A stretch of 64,000 nt of DNA from Camelus ferus (taxonomy: Eukaryota): contig NC_045696.1 in assembly GCF_009834535.1 (NCBI RefSeq), positions 67,148,001 to 67,212,000 of the forward strand, read 5' to 3'. A program made the translations under genes and the position numbers. Below the pieces are notes generated by a model. That model had not been told where the DNA came from, did not search any database, and worked only from the letters and a program-made list of their open reading frames with translations. Of the stretch, positions 51,332-64,000 are shown piece after piece (within the stretch, counting starts at the first letter, position 1; every line of letters starts with the position of its first letter).

Positions 51332-53199
51332 CACTCAGTAAAGACATCTTCCCTAATATTGAATAGAGAGATTATACCTGATTTACAAATCAATCTTCTG
51401 TCCTGTGCCCCTCTAGCCTCTTAGCATAACATAACATAACCCAGCCCTTGGAAGAGGAAGACAGTACCTTGGCCAGCCAGAAATCTGCAACCCAGGAGGA
51501 AAACACTGCATCATTCATTCCACACTTACTCTCTGAGCACCCACTGGGTTCCAGGCCCTGAAGAGAACTCAATTTGAGTTTGCTATTCAAACACGAACAG
51601 ATGAAAAAATACATGGCATTGAAGCAAAGCAATTTCCCTCCCCCTGAGCTAAGTGAAATCTTATAAAACCTTTAGCTAAACAACCCGCATGCAATTCTTT
51701 CAATCATTGGGTTACTCTTTCCCTGGGCCTCTCCGATTTGTTTAAAATAGGGGACCCTCCAAGTAAACTCAGTGTTCTAATAAAAACTTCATGTCCACAA
51801 ATCTTCCCTGTTCCCGTTCCGTTCCCTGACTTGACTTCCTGTGGTTCATTTTTTTCCCACTACCCCATGCAGCCAGTCAGGTACCAGGCCCTGTGCTCGC
51901 TGCTGGGAAGACTGAGGAAAGCATTCAGATCTTATAGAATATGTAGTTCTCTAACATGTGAGGTAAAAGCATCTAAGGAAGAGTAGGAGTTAATGTGGTA
52001 CCCAAAGATGTGATGAGAGTTGATAATGATAATACAGATTGACAAGTCCACAGACTCAGGTACCCTGATTCCCAGCCCACTGCTCCCAGGGCTGAGGAGC
52101 AGGCACCCAGGCATCTGTTTGATACTCTTAAAGAACGCTCTCCTATCAATATTTCATTTCCTGCTCTTTGGTGAAGATCTCAGTGTTGGAAAAGCACAAG
52201 TTGCCAAGTACGGAAGATTCTCTGGAACGTACACAAAGAAAGATCTCAGGAACATTTATTTATTTCTTCAACACCTCTTTAACATGTATCACTATAGGAC
52301 GGAGCTGTCCCCATAAGACATGGACAGAATGCACCTGGAAACGTCCATTTTTGTGCCCACAAAGACTGTTTTTTTCTTGAGTAAGAAGAGTCCTACTGTG
52401 GAGTTTCATATTGCTCTAGTTGATTGCAGAGAAAAACAATGGTCAGTTTTTCCCTCTGGATAATAAAGTCCTCAAGACGGGCTCCATCATGCTTTATGAA
52501 ACAGCAAGGAAGCCAGTGCGACTAAAGCAGAGGGAACAAGGGGGAGAGTGGAAGGAGATACAAACCGAAGCCACATCACATGCGGGAATAACCAGCTTCT
52601 TTGCAATTTGTGAATGTTTTTGCACTACATGGTTATTATCCCCCACTTAAAGGTGGAGGGACCATGCCTCAATAAAGTGATGTGCATCTGGTACGAATGA
52701 CAGAGCCAAGGTGAGAACCCAGCTCTCTGAACGCCCCTCTCCTGTCCCTCCCCGCCCTGCCCAGTCCATATACACTCCATCAAGCTTCTTCTCCCTCTTA
52801 GTTTGTCTCTGCAGCCAGGCAATTGTGCTCTCCCTAGCACAGTACCATCAGTAAGATATTTTAAACCCTACACAAAAGAAAAGACTCTGGGCACACCCCA
52901 TCCTTCTTTCTCTCTTTCCCACAAACAGACTAAATAGCTGTTGAAAAGCTCAAGTCCTGCAGGCACACGCACTAACAAGAGACCCACACCCTGAGGGGCT
53001 GTCTCCTCCCCTGCTTCCCTGAATTCACTTCAGGGGATTCACTTGATCAGAAGCCAAAGAAGCTGGCAGAGGAACGAGGACTAATTTTGAGGAGGCGGCA
53101 GAGAGGGAAGAACAGAGGGACAAGACACAACACATGCTCACATCTTGCCCCTTCTATTGTTTTATTTAATTTTTTTAAATGGGAGAGAGACTTACTTAC

Positions 53200-53740
53200 T
53201 GTACTATGTTAGTTACATCTCCTTGGGTACAGGGGAGGCAGCCCGCATCAGGCAAGTCCAAGAAGAGGAGATGTGTTATAAAAATACTTGGAGGAATGCC
53301 ACGGAAACCCGAGAACAGGAGCCATAGCAGAGTTGGGCTTTATGAAACCTGGAAAGTCACAAGGAATAAAATCTACTGTCTCGGGAACGGGGGTGGGGGG
53401 CTGTCTCTCTCGTGATTTCTGTGTATTCCTCTACACGTCTCATCTGTATCCTCTAGTCTGATGTGCTCCTTCTGCTTACTGCCAGAGTTGTTCCTCTTTA
53501 ATTCCACCTTGCAGAGGACCTTTCCTTGTTTCCTTAGTCCTGACTATACCTGAATTTTCAGTCTGCTCTCATAGCTAACCGGCCTCTGTAGTTTAGCATC
53601 TCCCAGTTCAGACTCTCAAGGTAGGGCATTCCATTCATCCAGATTGTTCCTTTGAGTTGCCTTTTGGGTCTCCAGTCAGCTAATGGATTAGCCCCTCTTT
53701 GTCCAATCAGTTATGGTCAGGGGCTGAAGTTATATAGTAG
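53200..53740 (-). mobile_element. MaLR LTR remnant (MLT1-like)
   Basis: cagttcagactctcaaggtagggcattcc...cccctctttgtccaatcagttatggtcaggggctg. Confidence 0.5.
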
Positions 53741-53859
53741 AAAAGAGGGATTGCAGATGAGAAGCACTTTATTCTTTTTCAGACTTGTTTTAACTGTTCT
53801 AACTCCTTCATCTTTCCATCAATTGCCTTGTCTATACCTACAAAAATCTTGCTGAGATA

Positions 53860-55660
53860 AAAAGAAATTATGTTAAAACTGTATGTCAAATTTGTGGAGA
53901 ATTGACATCTTTATTATATTGATTCTTCCAACCTATGAATACAGGAACTTGGTATGTTTCTCCTTTCATTTATATCTTCTTTGATTTCTTTCGTCAGCAT
54001 TTTGTACCTTTCAACGTGTAAATCCTATACATAATTTTTTTAGATTTACCCTTATTTTTCTTTTTTTGAGTGATTATAAATGTCATTGTATTTTTAATTT
54101 GCTTTCATTTCTTTAATGCTAGTGTGTGGAAATACAATTAATTTTTGTATGTTGATCTTGTACCTTGGAAACTTATTAAACTTATCTACTAGTTCTGGGA
54201 ATTTTTTGGTAGACTCCTTGGAGTTTTCTACATAGACTATCAGGCCATCTACAATTAGGACATTTTTTATTTCTTCCTGTTTGATCTGTATGCCTTTTAT
54301 TTCCTTTTCTTACCTTATTATGCTGGCTAGAACTTCTAGGACTATGTTAAATTTGATAGTGAGAGTGAACACCTGTCCTGTTCCCAGTCTTAGGGGGAAA
54401 TAATTATCTTTTCCCAACTGCATGATGTTAGTTATAGGTTTTGTGAAGATATTCTTTATTAAATTAAAAAGGTTTCCCTCTACTATTATTAAGACTATAT
54501 AAATTGATGTTCATTCTTCTCTAATCATCTAATAGAATTCTCCAGTGAAACCATCTGGGCCTGGATACTTCTTTTTGTGGAGGTTTTAATTACAGATTTA
54601 ATTTCTTAATTGTTATAAGGCTATTCAAATTATCTATTTTATCTTGGGTGAGTTGTGGTAGTTTGTGTGTATTGAGGAAATGGTTCATTTCATCTAAGTT
54701 GTCAAACAGGGTTTGTAGTGCTATCCCCTGTTTCATTCCTAATATTAGTAATTTGTATCTATTTTTTTTCCTTTGTCAGCCTTTCTAGCAGTTTGTCAAT
54801 TTTATTGAACTTTTCAGAGAACCAGTTTTTTGCTTCATTAATTTTCCCTATTATTTTGGGGTTTTATTAACTTGTACTTTTATCTTTATTATTTCCTTCT
54901 TTCTTCTCACTTTGAATTTTCTTTTTCTAATTTCTTGAAGCAGGAGCTTCTATTATTGACTTGAGACTTTTCCTCAATTGTATCGAGCACTTTCCCTTTA
55001 GTGTTGAAATTTCTTTCTCAGGCCTGCATTAATTGTCTCCCACACATTGTGATGTGTTGTATTTTTATTTGCATTTCATTCAATGTACTTTTTAATTCCT
55101 TTGAGGCTTTCTGTTTGACCCCTGAATTATGTACCCCTATTTAGAAGTATGTTGTTTTGTTTCTAAGTGTTTGGAGGTTTTTCTGTTCTCTTTCTTTTAT
55201 TGATTTCTTGTTTGATTCCGTTGTAATCAGAGAGCGTACTTTGGTGTGACTGCAAATCTTTTAAATTTGATGAGGTCTGTTTTGTGATTCAGAATATAGT
55301 AGATCTTGGTACATGTTCCGTGGGTGTTGCAAAAGAATGTGTATTCTGCTGTTACTTGGTAGACTGTTCTATAAATATTGATTGGGTCCTAGTGTTGTTT
55401 GGTTTTTCTAAATCCTTGCTGACTTTCTGCCCATTTTTTAGACCAATTATGGAAAGAATGGCCTTGAATTCTTCAACTGTAATCAGGGATTTATCTATGT
55501 CTCATTTCAGCTCTAGTGGCTTGATGTCACGTCTTTTGCAACTTTACTGTTTGGGCACGCACAGTAGAGCTTGCTCTGTCTTCTTGGTGGACAGACCCTT
55601 TTATGTTGTGCAGGTTCCTCTCAGTTTCCCTGGTAATTTCCTGGCTCAGAGGTCTACACG
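53860..55660 (-). mobile_element. Ancient L1 (L1M-type) ORF2 fragments
   Basis: gagaattgacatctttattatattgattcttccaacctatgaa...gctagaacttctaggactatgtt...tctccagtgaaaccatctgggcctgga...aagaatgtgtattctgctgtt. Confidence 0.88.
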
Positions 55661-56172
55661 TTTATTAACAGCTCGTAGCACAGCATTTCAGAAGCCACAG
55701 CGATTCTTCAACTCTTTAGGTCTTTCTATTGAACATACTAATGGAAGCAGATTCTCCCTCCTCTTCACGTTGATTACTCTTCTCAGACTCAACTTACTTT
55801 CCCCACAACGGGGCATTTGGGGACAACCCAGGATCCCCATAAAGTGGAGACAAGTTCCTGTTTGTGAATCAGGCAGCATGTTTATTCGTAACAGATTATA
55901 ATAGTTGTTTGTATAACAGCTGTAGTGGCCTACTTGTGTTGATAGCCTCAATATTAAGATACAAGTCTTACTTGTTTTCTTCAGTAAAAGACACATTGGT
56001 AGTCCCCTAAATAATCAAGACTAAGTTTAAATTATTAGCCGATTATTTCTGAAATCGATTGCCTTTGTAATAATGTTAACACTCTATTTGATAACTCAAG
56101 ACAGAAATGCCTATATAGTGATCATGAAGGAAATATAAAGGCAGTGGGGTGGTATAAATGGTAAACACATTC

Positions 56173-56175
<3 letters not shown>

Positions 56176-56235
<60 letters not shown>
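56176..56235 (+). repeat. (AAT)20 perfect trinucleotide microsatellite
   Basis: Seen directly; it produces the poly-N and poly-Y spurious ORFs. Confidence 0.95.
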
Positions 56236-56236
<1 letters not shown>

Positions 56237-56509
56237 TTGACTTGATTTTATTTCCTTGCTATAAATTCTCCTGTCATGACTGTCAACATACCAAAGTGAG
56301 GTCACTGGACATGGAGTTGGAGAGATGCACACAGTTGGCTGTCATGAGTGGGGGAGCCCAGCACACAGGATATGAAGAGGGACCAGTGTAAGGCAATAGG
56401 GAGTGGTAAGGTGTTGGCAAACTGGGGGCATATGCCTTATCTAAAAGCACTCAAATTCAAATTTTGAAAAATACAGAGCAGGGTGGAAATTGCTTCTGGA
56501 TCTCCACTT

Positions 56510-57015
56510 TGTGACTCCAGAAAAAAATATGATCTAAATTCCTTAGCCTGGCATTCAAAAGTCTTTACTTTCTGGCTCCTTCCTGCCTTTCCAGCTTGTT
56601 TCTAGTTGTCTGACTTTCTCACTGCCATCCAGCCACACTGAACTCTTTGTGGTTCCCTGAGCCTGTCTCTGTCACTCTGCACAGAGTCTTCTCTCTTCCC
56701 GGAATGTTTTCTTCCCCACTATATCTTCTTGGAAATTTATCTTCATTCTTTAATCCTGGATATCCCTTGACCTATGTCAATAATACAGACACAGTGAGTT
56801 CTGTGCTCCCACGGAATCATTTACAGGACTGTGTATCAGCATGTATCATACTCTGTTCTGACTTCACTTACACATCCTCCCTCCCCACAAGACTGAGAGC
56901 TCCTAGAAGATGGAAATTTTGTCTTATTTGTTTCTGTATTTTCTTCATTTAAGGCAGTGCCTGGCCTAGGGAAATAGCTCTGTAAATACATAAATGGATG
57001 TATAAATGAGTGAAT
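56510..57015 (+). mobile_element. L2 3' end followed by an (AAT)n run at ~57019-57042
   Basis: aaattccttagcctggcattcaaa...ctccccacaagactgagagctcctaga...aggcagtgcctggcctagg...gtaaatacataaatggatg. Confidence 0.8.
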
Positions 57016-57042
57016 ATTAATAATAATAATAATAATAATAAT

Positions 57043-57255
57043 AAAGCCAACTCTTACATGGCACATACTGTGTGGCAAAAATTGGTGTAAACGTTGCACA
57101 TATATTCAATAATTTAATCCTTAAATCAATATCCCTTTTTACATCCCCATTTTACAGATGATAAAACTGAATCCCAGAGGATGTGAAAGATTTGCACAAC
57201 CAAGTTCACATAGCTAGTAAGTGGTGGAGCTGAACATTTAGCTGCATCTGACTTT
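57043..57255 (-). mobile_element. MIR SINE
   Basis: atccccattttacagatgataaaactgaatcccagag...caagttcacatagctagtaagtggtggagctg. Confidence 0.88.
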
Positions 57256-58264
57256 TTTCACCTCTTGGCTCTTCCTGACTCCTCCCTAATTCGTAGCAGT
57301 CTTGGGAAAACAGACACTTCCAAGCACATTTGTGACTGCAGCAACTAAATGCCCTCATTGTCCTATAATTCAGGTTACTCAGGGACCATTAGCTATCTGG
57401 ATGAGGCTGATGCCATGGGGGAATTTATAGAGAAAAGCAATGTGTTTAATTAAGTGGTTGTCAAAAACACCCACCCAGTATAAATGGATTCTGGCAACAG
57501 AGGTGCTTTTGTTGCTGCCAGAGTCCTGCCACAGGTCATTAACATCCTGACAGATTTGAGGCACTTTTCAGCCCGAGTGCTTTCACCCAAGGATGGAGGA
57601 AGTCTTGTGGCAGTTTGAGCTGCTTGGAGGTAACAGGGTAATGGAGGCAGGACTCAATGGATGGATGGACGGATGGCCCTGCTAGTGTCAGGCATGAGCT
57701 TCAAACAATAAAGGACTCTATCAGAATTAAATGCAAGTCAAGTCCTTGATAGGTTCTGAGCCCCTGCCCTGCGCCAGACGCTATACTGAGTACTGGGAGG
57801 CGGGCAGAGATGGGCTTGGACGAAGGTGAACCAGAACCAGGCCCTGATGTAGGGAATGCTTTCTTTACAATGTGCATAATGAAGTGTTCTACGTTGTAGA
57901 ACATGAGCGCAGAAAAGGGAGAGACGATAATTGTAGTTCAATTAATATGGAAAGTCTTTATGGCCATAGTATCCCTGAAGGACAAGAAGAGGTCTGGATA
58001 AACAGGAGGGAGAGAATGCATACCAGAGAGAGCAAATCAGATGAGCACAAGTCATGAGACCAAGGCATTGCGTCAGGAACTTTGAGGGGACAGCAGGCAG
58101 TTCAAGCTGACTGATAGAATTTGTTAAGTGGCATAATGGTAAATAAGGCTGGAAAGGGCAATTCAGTCTACGGCATGCAGAGCCTTAAAGATGCCACAGA
58201 AGGTTATGTAGGTGGTGAGAATCCACTAATGTCCTTAGGTCATGAGCATGAGAGTGATCTAGCC

Positions 58265-58426
58265 CAGTGCTTCCCAAAATCTAATCATAGCAACCAACTG
58301 AGGATAGTGTGAAAATGCACACTCAGGTGCAGTGTGACTGGGGTGGATCCTGAGGTTCAGCGTTGCCAGCAAACTCCAAGATGCTGCTGCTGCTTCTGGT
58401 TCCAAGGTCATACTTTGAGCAGCAAA
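58265..58426. mobile_element. MER5-family hAT MITE
   Basis: cagtgcttcccaaa...ggggtggatcctgag...gatgctgctgctgcttctggttccaaggtcatactttgagcagca. Confidence 0.65.
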
Positions 58427-59019
58427 GCCTAGAATAGATGGCACTTTGCAAAAATGAGTGAGGTTGGGTAGGAGATACATTTCAGGTTGTTAATTTGCGT
58501 ATGATGTTTACTATTCATGACCAAAAGGTTAGCAATCCCTGACTCCCAATTTGTTTGGGTTTTGTTTTTTTGTTTGTTTGTTTGTTTGATTGATTGTTTT
58601 TGTTTTTAATTATTAGGAGCAGTTTTTTCATTACAAATGAAAAATTAGACATCTAATTAGATGTCACAAGATAAAAGTAAGATTGACCTCAGCCCAACAG
58701 CAGTATCCAGCATTCCCTGCAGGTATCTGATTTTTTCAGTTGATTATGGGAAAAGAAAAACTAAATAAAGTCAAATGCACAACACAGGTCCAGAAAGATC
58801 CGGAGAGGAAAAGAGGAAAAGGTCTCTGAACCTGCCCAACAGCTCTGTCCTCCTCCCTGCAAACAATAGACAATCAACAGAGAAACCAGACACAGGCACA
58901 AAGATCATGTAAACAATTTAAACCGTGGTGATGGCTGTGTCAGGAGATGAAAAATCACAAAAGGCAGCAGGAGCAGTGCGATGAGAAGACAGCAAGGCTG
59001 GGACAGAAGTTCCGTGAAG

Positions 59020-59190
59020 TCGAGCCCCTCCTGTGACCCTTAATAAGTGGCTGCCCTCAGACAGGTCATTTAATCTCTGGGTTTCTTCATCCATAAAATA
59101 AAGCCAATAGTTCCTCCTTGCTTTCTCCCATGGGTCTATTTGAGGATCAAATGTGAGAGCAGGTGTAAAGCAAACACATGCATCGCTGCT
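59020..59190 (+). mobile_element. MIR SINE
   Basis: cagacaggtcatttaatctctgggtttcttcatccataaaata...tgaggatcaaatg. Confidence 0.7.
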
Positions 59191-59494
59191 TTGGGAATCA
59201 GTGTATTTCAGACACATCCTGTACCTGGGAAATCGTTCGCAGTCTCCCTGTGCCTCAGTGCTCCTGCATCTCTCAGGATGCTTTTTTTTTTTTTTTTTTA
59301 AACATTTAGGAAAGCTCTTTCTTTTGGGAAATCATTCTAAATTAAGCAGAGATGCCCTACACACTTCCACTTACTCCACCAAACCCAAGAAACAAAATTT
59401 CTGATTTTATTCCAACCAGTTACAATCTGATAAGATCACATATGGAATCTGGGCACAATAGCAAAAGGACCATTTTAGCAAAAATCAGGGCAGC

Positions 59495-59655
59495 ATAATG
59501 CATTGGATTTCTAGCTCTGCTACTTTAGAGCTGCATTATGCATCTGAGCCTTGAGTTCTTCGTCTGCAAACTGGAGCTAATGTTTCCTACCTCAGACAAT
59601 TGCTGTGAAGATTGAATTAGATGAAGAAGAGTAATTTTTAAGCTATAAAGTGCTA
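59495..59655 (+). mobile_element. MIR SINE
   Basis: tctgagccttgagttcttcgtctgcaaactggagctaa...cctacctcagacaattgctgtgaagattgaattaga. Confidence 0.75.
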
Positions 59656-61539
59656 GAGAAATATTACTTATTATTTTGTATAAAAAATCAACAGAGAATG
59701 CCTTATACATTTTTGTTTCTCTTTCCCACTGTGGAATGCTACTCTGGCCCACTGGTAAATATCTCTCACTTGATGTTTCAATTTCAAAAGAATAATATAA
59801 ACCTTTAAATTAGTGTAGCCATTGACAGTTTAAAAGTAATTGTCTAATACTTTACAAAAACCACATAATAACCAAGAAAAATATGAGGAACAAAACCTAA
59901 GAGAAATTCTATGGAGAGAGCATCAAAATTATATGCATTATACCAACATAAAAGCAAATGCAAGCAAAGCACTTATCACACACTTGGTATAATTTGAGTG
60001 CTCAATAAACATTATCTATTAATGCTATAATCATCTTTGACAAAACTGCGTGGAGAAAAGCCAGAATGATATATACCAAAAATCAACAGTGATTGTGCTT
60101 CTTTCAAGAGCAGTGAAGTTCTAATGGATTAAAGAATATATTAAGAAAAATTCACTAATTTAAAAAAAAAAAAGGCAAAGCTTACTCAAGTTCACCCAGC
60201 TACACTGATAATGAGTAGCAGAGCCGGGAATCCAAGTCGAGTCATCTCATTCCGAGTTCAGGACTCTTTTCTATGACACCAGGCTGCTTCCTTGACTTCG
60301 CTTTCATTCTACTGTCTACATGTTCAACACAGATAGTTAGCTGGATTTCACATAGTTGTTGTACCGAAGACCTCGGATAGAAACCTCGGTGGACTTAGGG
60401 AGAGGTAGACAATGGCACATGTTGAAAGACTCTTCTACAAAGATGAAGAGCGAGAGCTACTTGATCCCGGCCACTAGAGGCAAGTCTTTTTGTTCAGGAA
60501 TAAGAGGAATAAGAACAACATCCTCCCCACCACCACTACACACTAATGTGTGTGGAGGGAAGAGCCCATCCCCTCCCACCTCCTTAACCGCCGCAGACAA
60601 AGACGTCTTGAGTACATTCAACTGAAGAGCCCCTTCATTGCCATTGTATCGTGCTTTTTGAGACTCCACAGAGGGTCAAGATGTTCTCCTCGGTGCTAGC
60701 TTGATGGATCGCTTCTAAAAGGGAACACGCTATTTATTTTAAAAGTCCTTTCCCAGAAGGGCCAAGAAAGACAGTGAGAGAAGGCGATAAAGTAGAGCTG
60801 AACACCATCCTGTCATGATAGCTACAGAGGCATATAAGCCTCCCAGATGGGCTCTGTTGGAGACCTGGGTCCTAACTGGAATCTCCATAGGGCACCTTTA
60901 TGGTTTCAGCTAACTGGGATCTTGCTGGAGTTGATTCCATCTCTCCAGTTCTCCTTTTGGTCTCTCTGTTCACCCTTCTCATATTCTCCACCAAAGTGCC
61001 TTCAAACTCATTTTTATAATTTTGCTGAATGATATATCTGTGTAAAGTTAGAACATCACAGAGAAGCTCACTTGAACCAATTTGGTTCATCCCTTGGAAA
61101 ATGCCGTGACGAACTTAATGACTTTTCATGTCCTTAGCTTCTATAAAAGGCAAGGCTACACAGATGTGTCAGGATTACCATCTCTTTTGAAAACTACCAA
61201 TGCAGATGGCATCTGGACCCCAATGTAAAGCCATCTACTCAACACCACCATGAGAGGCTCTATAAACACTTCAGACACGTTTTTCCCCGCAAAACTATAT
61301 TCAACAAGTTCTGTAAAAAGTGAATAACAGGATTGTTGGGAGGATTAAGTGAGATTGTGCGCACAAAGTTTCTTCTCCAGTGTCTGGCATATGGCAGTTT
61401 CTCAGTAAGGTAGAGTTACCATGTCCTTCTCCACCTGGAACAGTGGCACAGACACCCCATCTGTTTTCCAGACCAAAGCCTGAGAATTACCCTGAACCCC
61501 TTCCCCACAGATGATTCAAGGCAAAGATCCACAAAGTCC

Positions 61540-62339
61540 AGCCATGTCAATTATCAGTTTATGGCTTCCCGGTTCCTAACGCACCCCTCAGTATATGCTC
61601 TATGACAAACGAGTTGTGAGAACAGCCAATGGCCTCTGCCCCAGCCACGGGTCCAGAACACAGACCCACTGCAAGTCTGCAGCTCCTGCCTGGCGTTAAT
61701 CTCTCCTCAGCTGCCTGTCCAGACTTCACCCCTCCATTGGTGAAAATGGTGACTTTCTTACTGAACAGGATAATAGTTTTTGAATGCTGGAAGGATATTT
61801 CCTCAACTTATTTTGTGCTCTGACAATGTCACAGCCACAGCCACGACACACTTTTAAACTTAATCTGCGCCGTTAACATGCCTTCCTTTACCTTCCTGAG
61901 TTCAGACGATCAACAAAACAGTAAATTAAACTCTGATTTCTAGGGTTTGCTTATTTCCATGGTGTAGTCGCTGCCACCAGGGCCAGTGCCAAGCTACCAA
62001 CATGACCTCACTGAGTGTGCAGCTGGTAAGAGGTGAGCAGAAGCACACTGTCTTATAGCATCTCCACCCACTAAAGAGAACAGGCGTAAACAACCCCAAG
62101 AGCATGCGTAACAGCAAAACGAAGTCAAATCATCAGAAGATGAGGGGTTTTGAGTATATTACCCTTGTTTTAAATTTAATGTATTTGCTGTGAATTTGGT
62201 TTGATTTTATGTATAATCTTAAGTTGTGAAACTATATTCAATTTTAACTAATTAACAATTAACTCTTTTAAAATTCTCAAAGTTCTACATAGCATTCACC
62301 TCTCATGAGCCAGCGTGAACCAGCTCCGGCACGCCACTG
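61540..62339 (+). mobile_element. Zaphod-like hAT-Tip100 DNA transposon remnant
   Basis: tgaatgctggaaggatatttcctcaac...gacacacttttaaacttaatctgc...ccatggtgtag...caagctaccaacatgac... ending gagccagcgtgaaccagctccggcacgccactg (terminal inverted repeat). The left boundary is uncertain. Confidence 0.75.
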
Positions 62340-63029
62340 GATCAGTCCCTCGCCAGCACTGCACAGGTAGCTAATCGTCACCTGGCCTCCCCCAACTCAC
62401 TGATGCTCCACATCTCAGTTATGCACAGGCCAGGACAAACCCTCACTCCCAATTCCAAATTCAGCAAAGCTCTGAAATTGCAGTCCTGGTGCAAACTCAC
62501 TTTGTGGTAAAACCAGATCTGAACCAGCCTGAGGCCATTTTTTTCTATTTTTAGTATCGTATGTTTCCCGGCAAAGATATTAATATGTTTGATTAAGGGG
62601 GCTGGCACAGATCTCCACTGGGGCCTAAAATAAACAATGTATGTATCAGTTTGTTGTTGTTTAGAAACAACATTTCTAAAATATGAGAAATTCTCAACCT
62701 GATTCATATGTGGTCCCAAGGATTTTGAATAAGGGATTGTGGACCTTTAGTGATCTTCATAAAAATATAAATACACTCACACTTTCTCACCCATCCGTTC
62801 CTCCCTATCACCTAAGGGATAGACTCAAAGTTCTTAAACGTGACACAATTTTCAAGTTTCCTCTCTCAACAGTTTCCACCTAGCCCTCCTGTACCAAGTT
62901 ACCTCTAGGAGTTTGGCCAACCATGACTAATGATTAAACTGGGCTCGTTAGTCACGCCTCACCTACATCTTACATCCTTTGGGAAAGAACCAGAACCCAG
63001 ATAATGCAGGGCCGTAGTCCATCTTTTCT

Positions 63030-63200
63030 GCTCCATCACTTATGTGATCTTAACTGGCCACTTCATCCTCCCTAGTCTCCACTTCTCACCTGTAAAATGG
63101 GAATCATAAACCAGCAAGGATGTAGGGAAGACAAAGCAAGTTCATGGCCATGAAGATACTTTGAAATGTGCTATATATTACATTTAAAGTTTCTTACTAC
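63030..63200 (+). mobile_element. MIR SINE
   Basis: tatgtgatcttaactggccacttcatcctccctagtctccacttctcacctgtaaaatgggaatcata. Confidence 0.75.
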
Positions 63201-64000
63201 TTATCTTTCTGAAACAGGAACCCTGGGTTGAAAGCAGATGTTCTTTACCCCACCAGATGAGCAGTCAGGGATTTCTCATCTTCCCAAAAGGAGCTGAAAG
63301 TTGATGTACATAAAACCCAGTCGTCTCTGACACATACAAAAAGGGTTATGATTGAAGAGTCTTGTGTGCTGGGGAAATTGGTCTACATCCCAGCCATGTA
63401 ACTCATGAAAGCTGAATGGCTGGGTCTCAGTCCATCAGGAAAAAGAGGAAACGGACAAAAGCAGCCCCAAGCGCTCATCTTTCTGAGCCTGTGTGTTTAT
63501 ATGTTTGTTTTGTTTAGTTTTACTGTTGTTATTTTGGAGGTTTCGGGTTTTGTTTGATTGTTTTTTGCTGTTGTTGTTTCTGCATTTCCCTATGTTGTTG
63601 TCCTACAAACAGAGGACTTAAGTGTGAAAAGTCATTCAAAACCTATATGCATGACCCTCCTTTGATAAATAGCCTCCCATCTTCTGCTTAAACAGTCACA
63701 GTGACTCGGAGACTATTCACTTAGCCCAGATGCCTGAACCATCTTCTTTACAACCGGGAGCTCTGTCCATTACAAGAATACAGTCTGATCTAGATTTAAC
63801 AATTAACAGGCAAGGAAAAGAAACTGTCAGATTCTTACTATAGTAGAAATGATTGGAATCAGATCTTTTCTTGAAAGTATCCTTCGATGGAGGGTTTGGG
63901 GAGGAGTAAAAGAATTTTGGTGGAAAGGATGACCAAAAACGAACACAAAAGTACTATTTAAAGAGGAGAGATGGGTTCCAATGTGCAAAGGAAGAAAGTC

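Noticed and set aside
55284..55901. 205-aa plus-strand ORF, the longest in the window
   Set aside because: Mostly the antisense strand of a decayed L1; non-ATG start; no recognisable protein.

Overview
This is mammalian nuclear DNA, most likely from a camelid: it carries tRNA-Ala-derived Vic-1-type SINEs and cetartiodactyl-type L1 3' ends, and I saw no Alu or Bov-A/BovB. The whole window appears to lie inside TPRG1 (tumor protein p63-regulated 1), transcribed on the minus strand. Only one coding exon is present: 177 nt at 45892-46068, phase 2/2, encoding [58 protein letters not shown], which the ORF track misses. The rest is intron filled with MIR, L2, L1, MaLR/ERVL LTR, hAT DNA-transposon remnants and microsatellites. 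The supplied ORFs are chance frames or repeat-derived. I found no evidence of a new multi-gene biological system. The most interesting observations concern retrotransposition mechanics: a twin-primed 5'-inverted L1 with a perfect 16-bp TSD, a two-subfamily L1 chimera inside one TSD, a probable L1 3' transduction that places a sense polyA signal in the intron, and a three-level nested insertion. Also notable are an apparent Arg-to-Trp change in the exon and several candidate intronic regulatory patches, including a possible p63 response element. Repeat family names come from recalled consensus sequences, and boundaries of old repeats are approximate.
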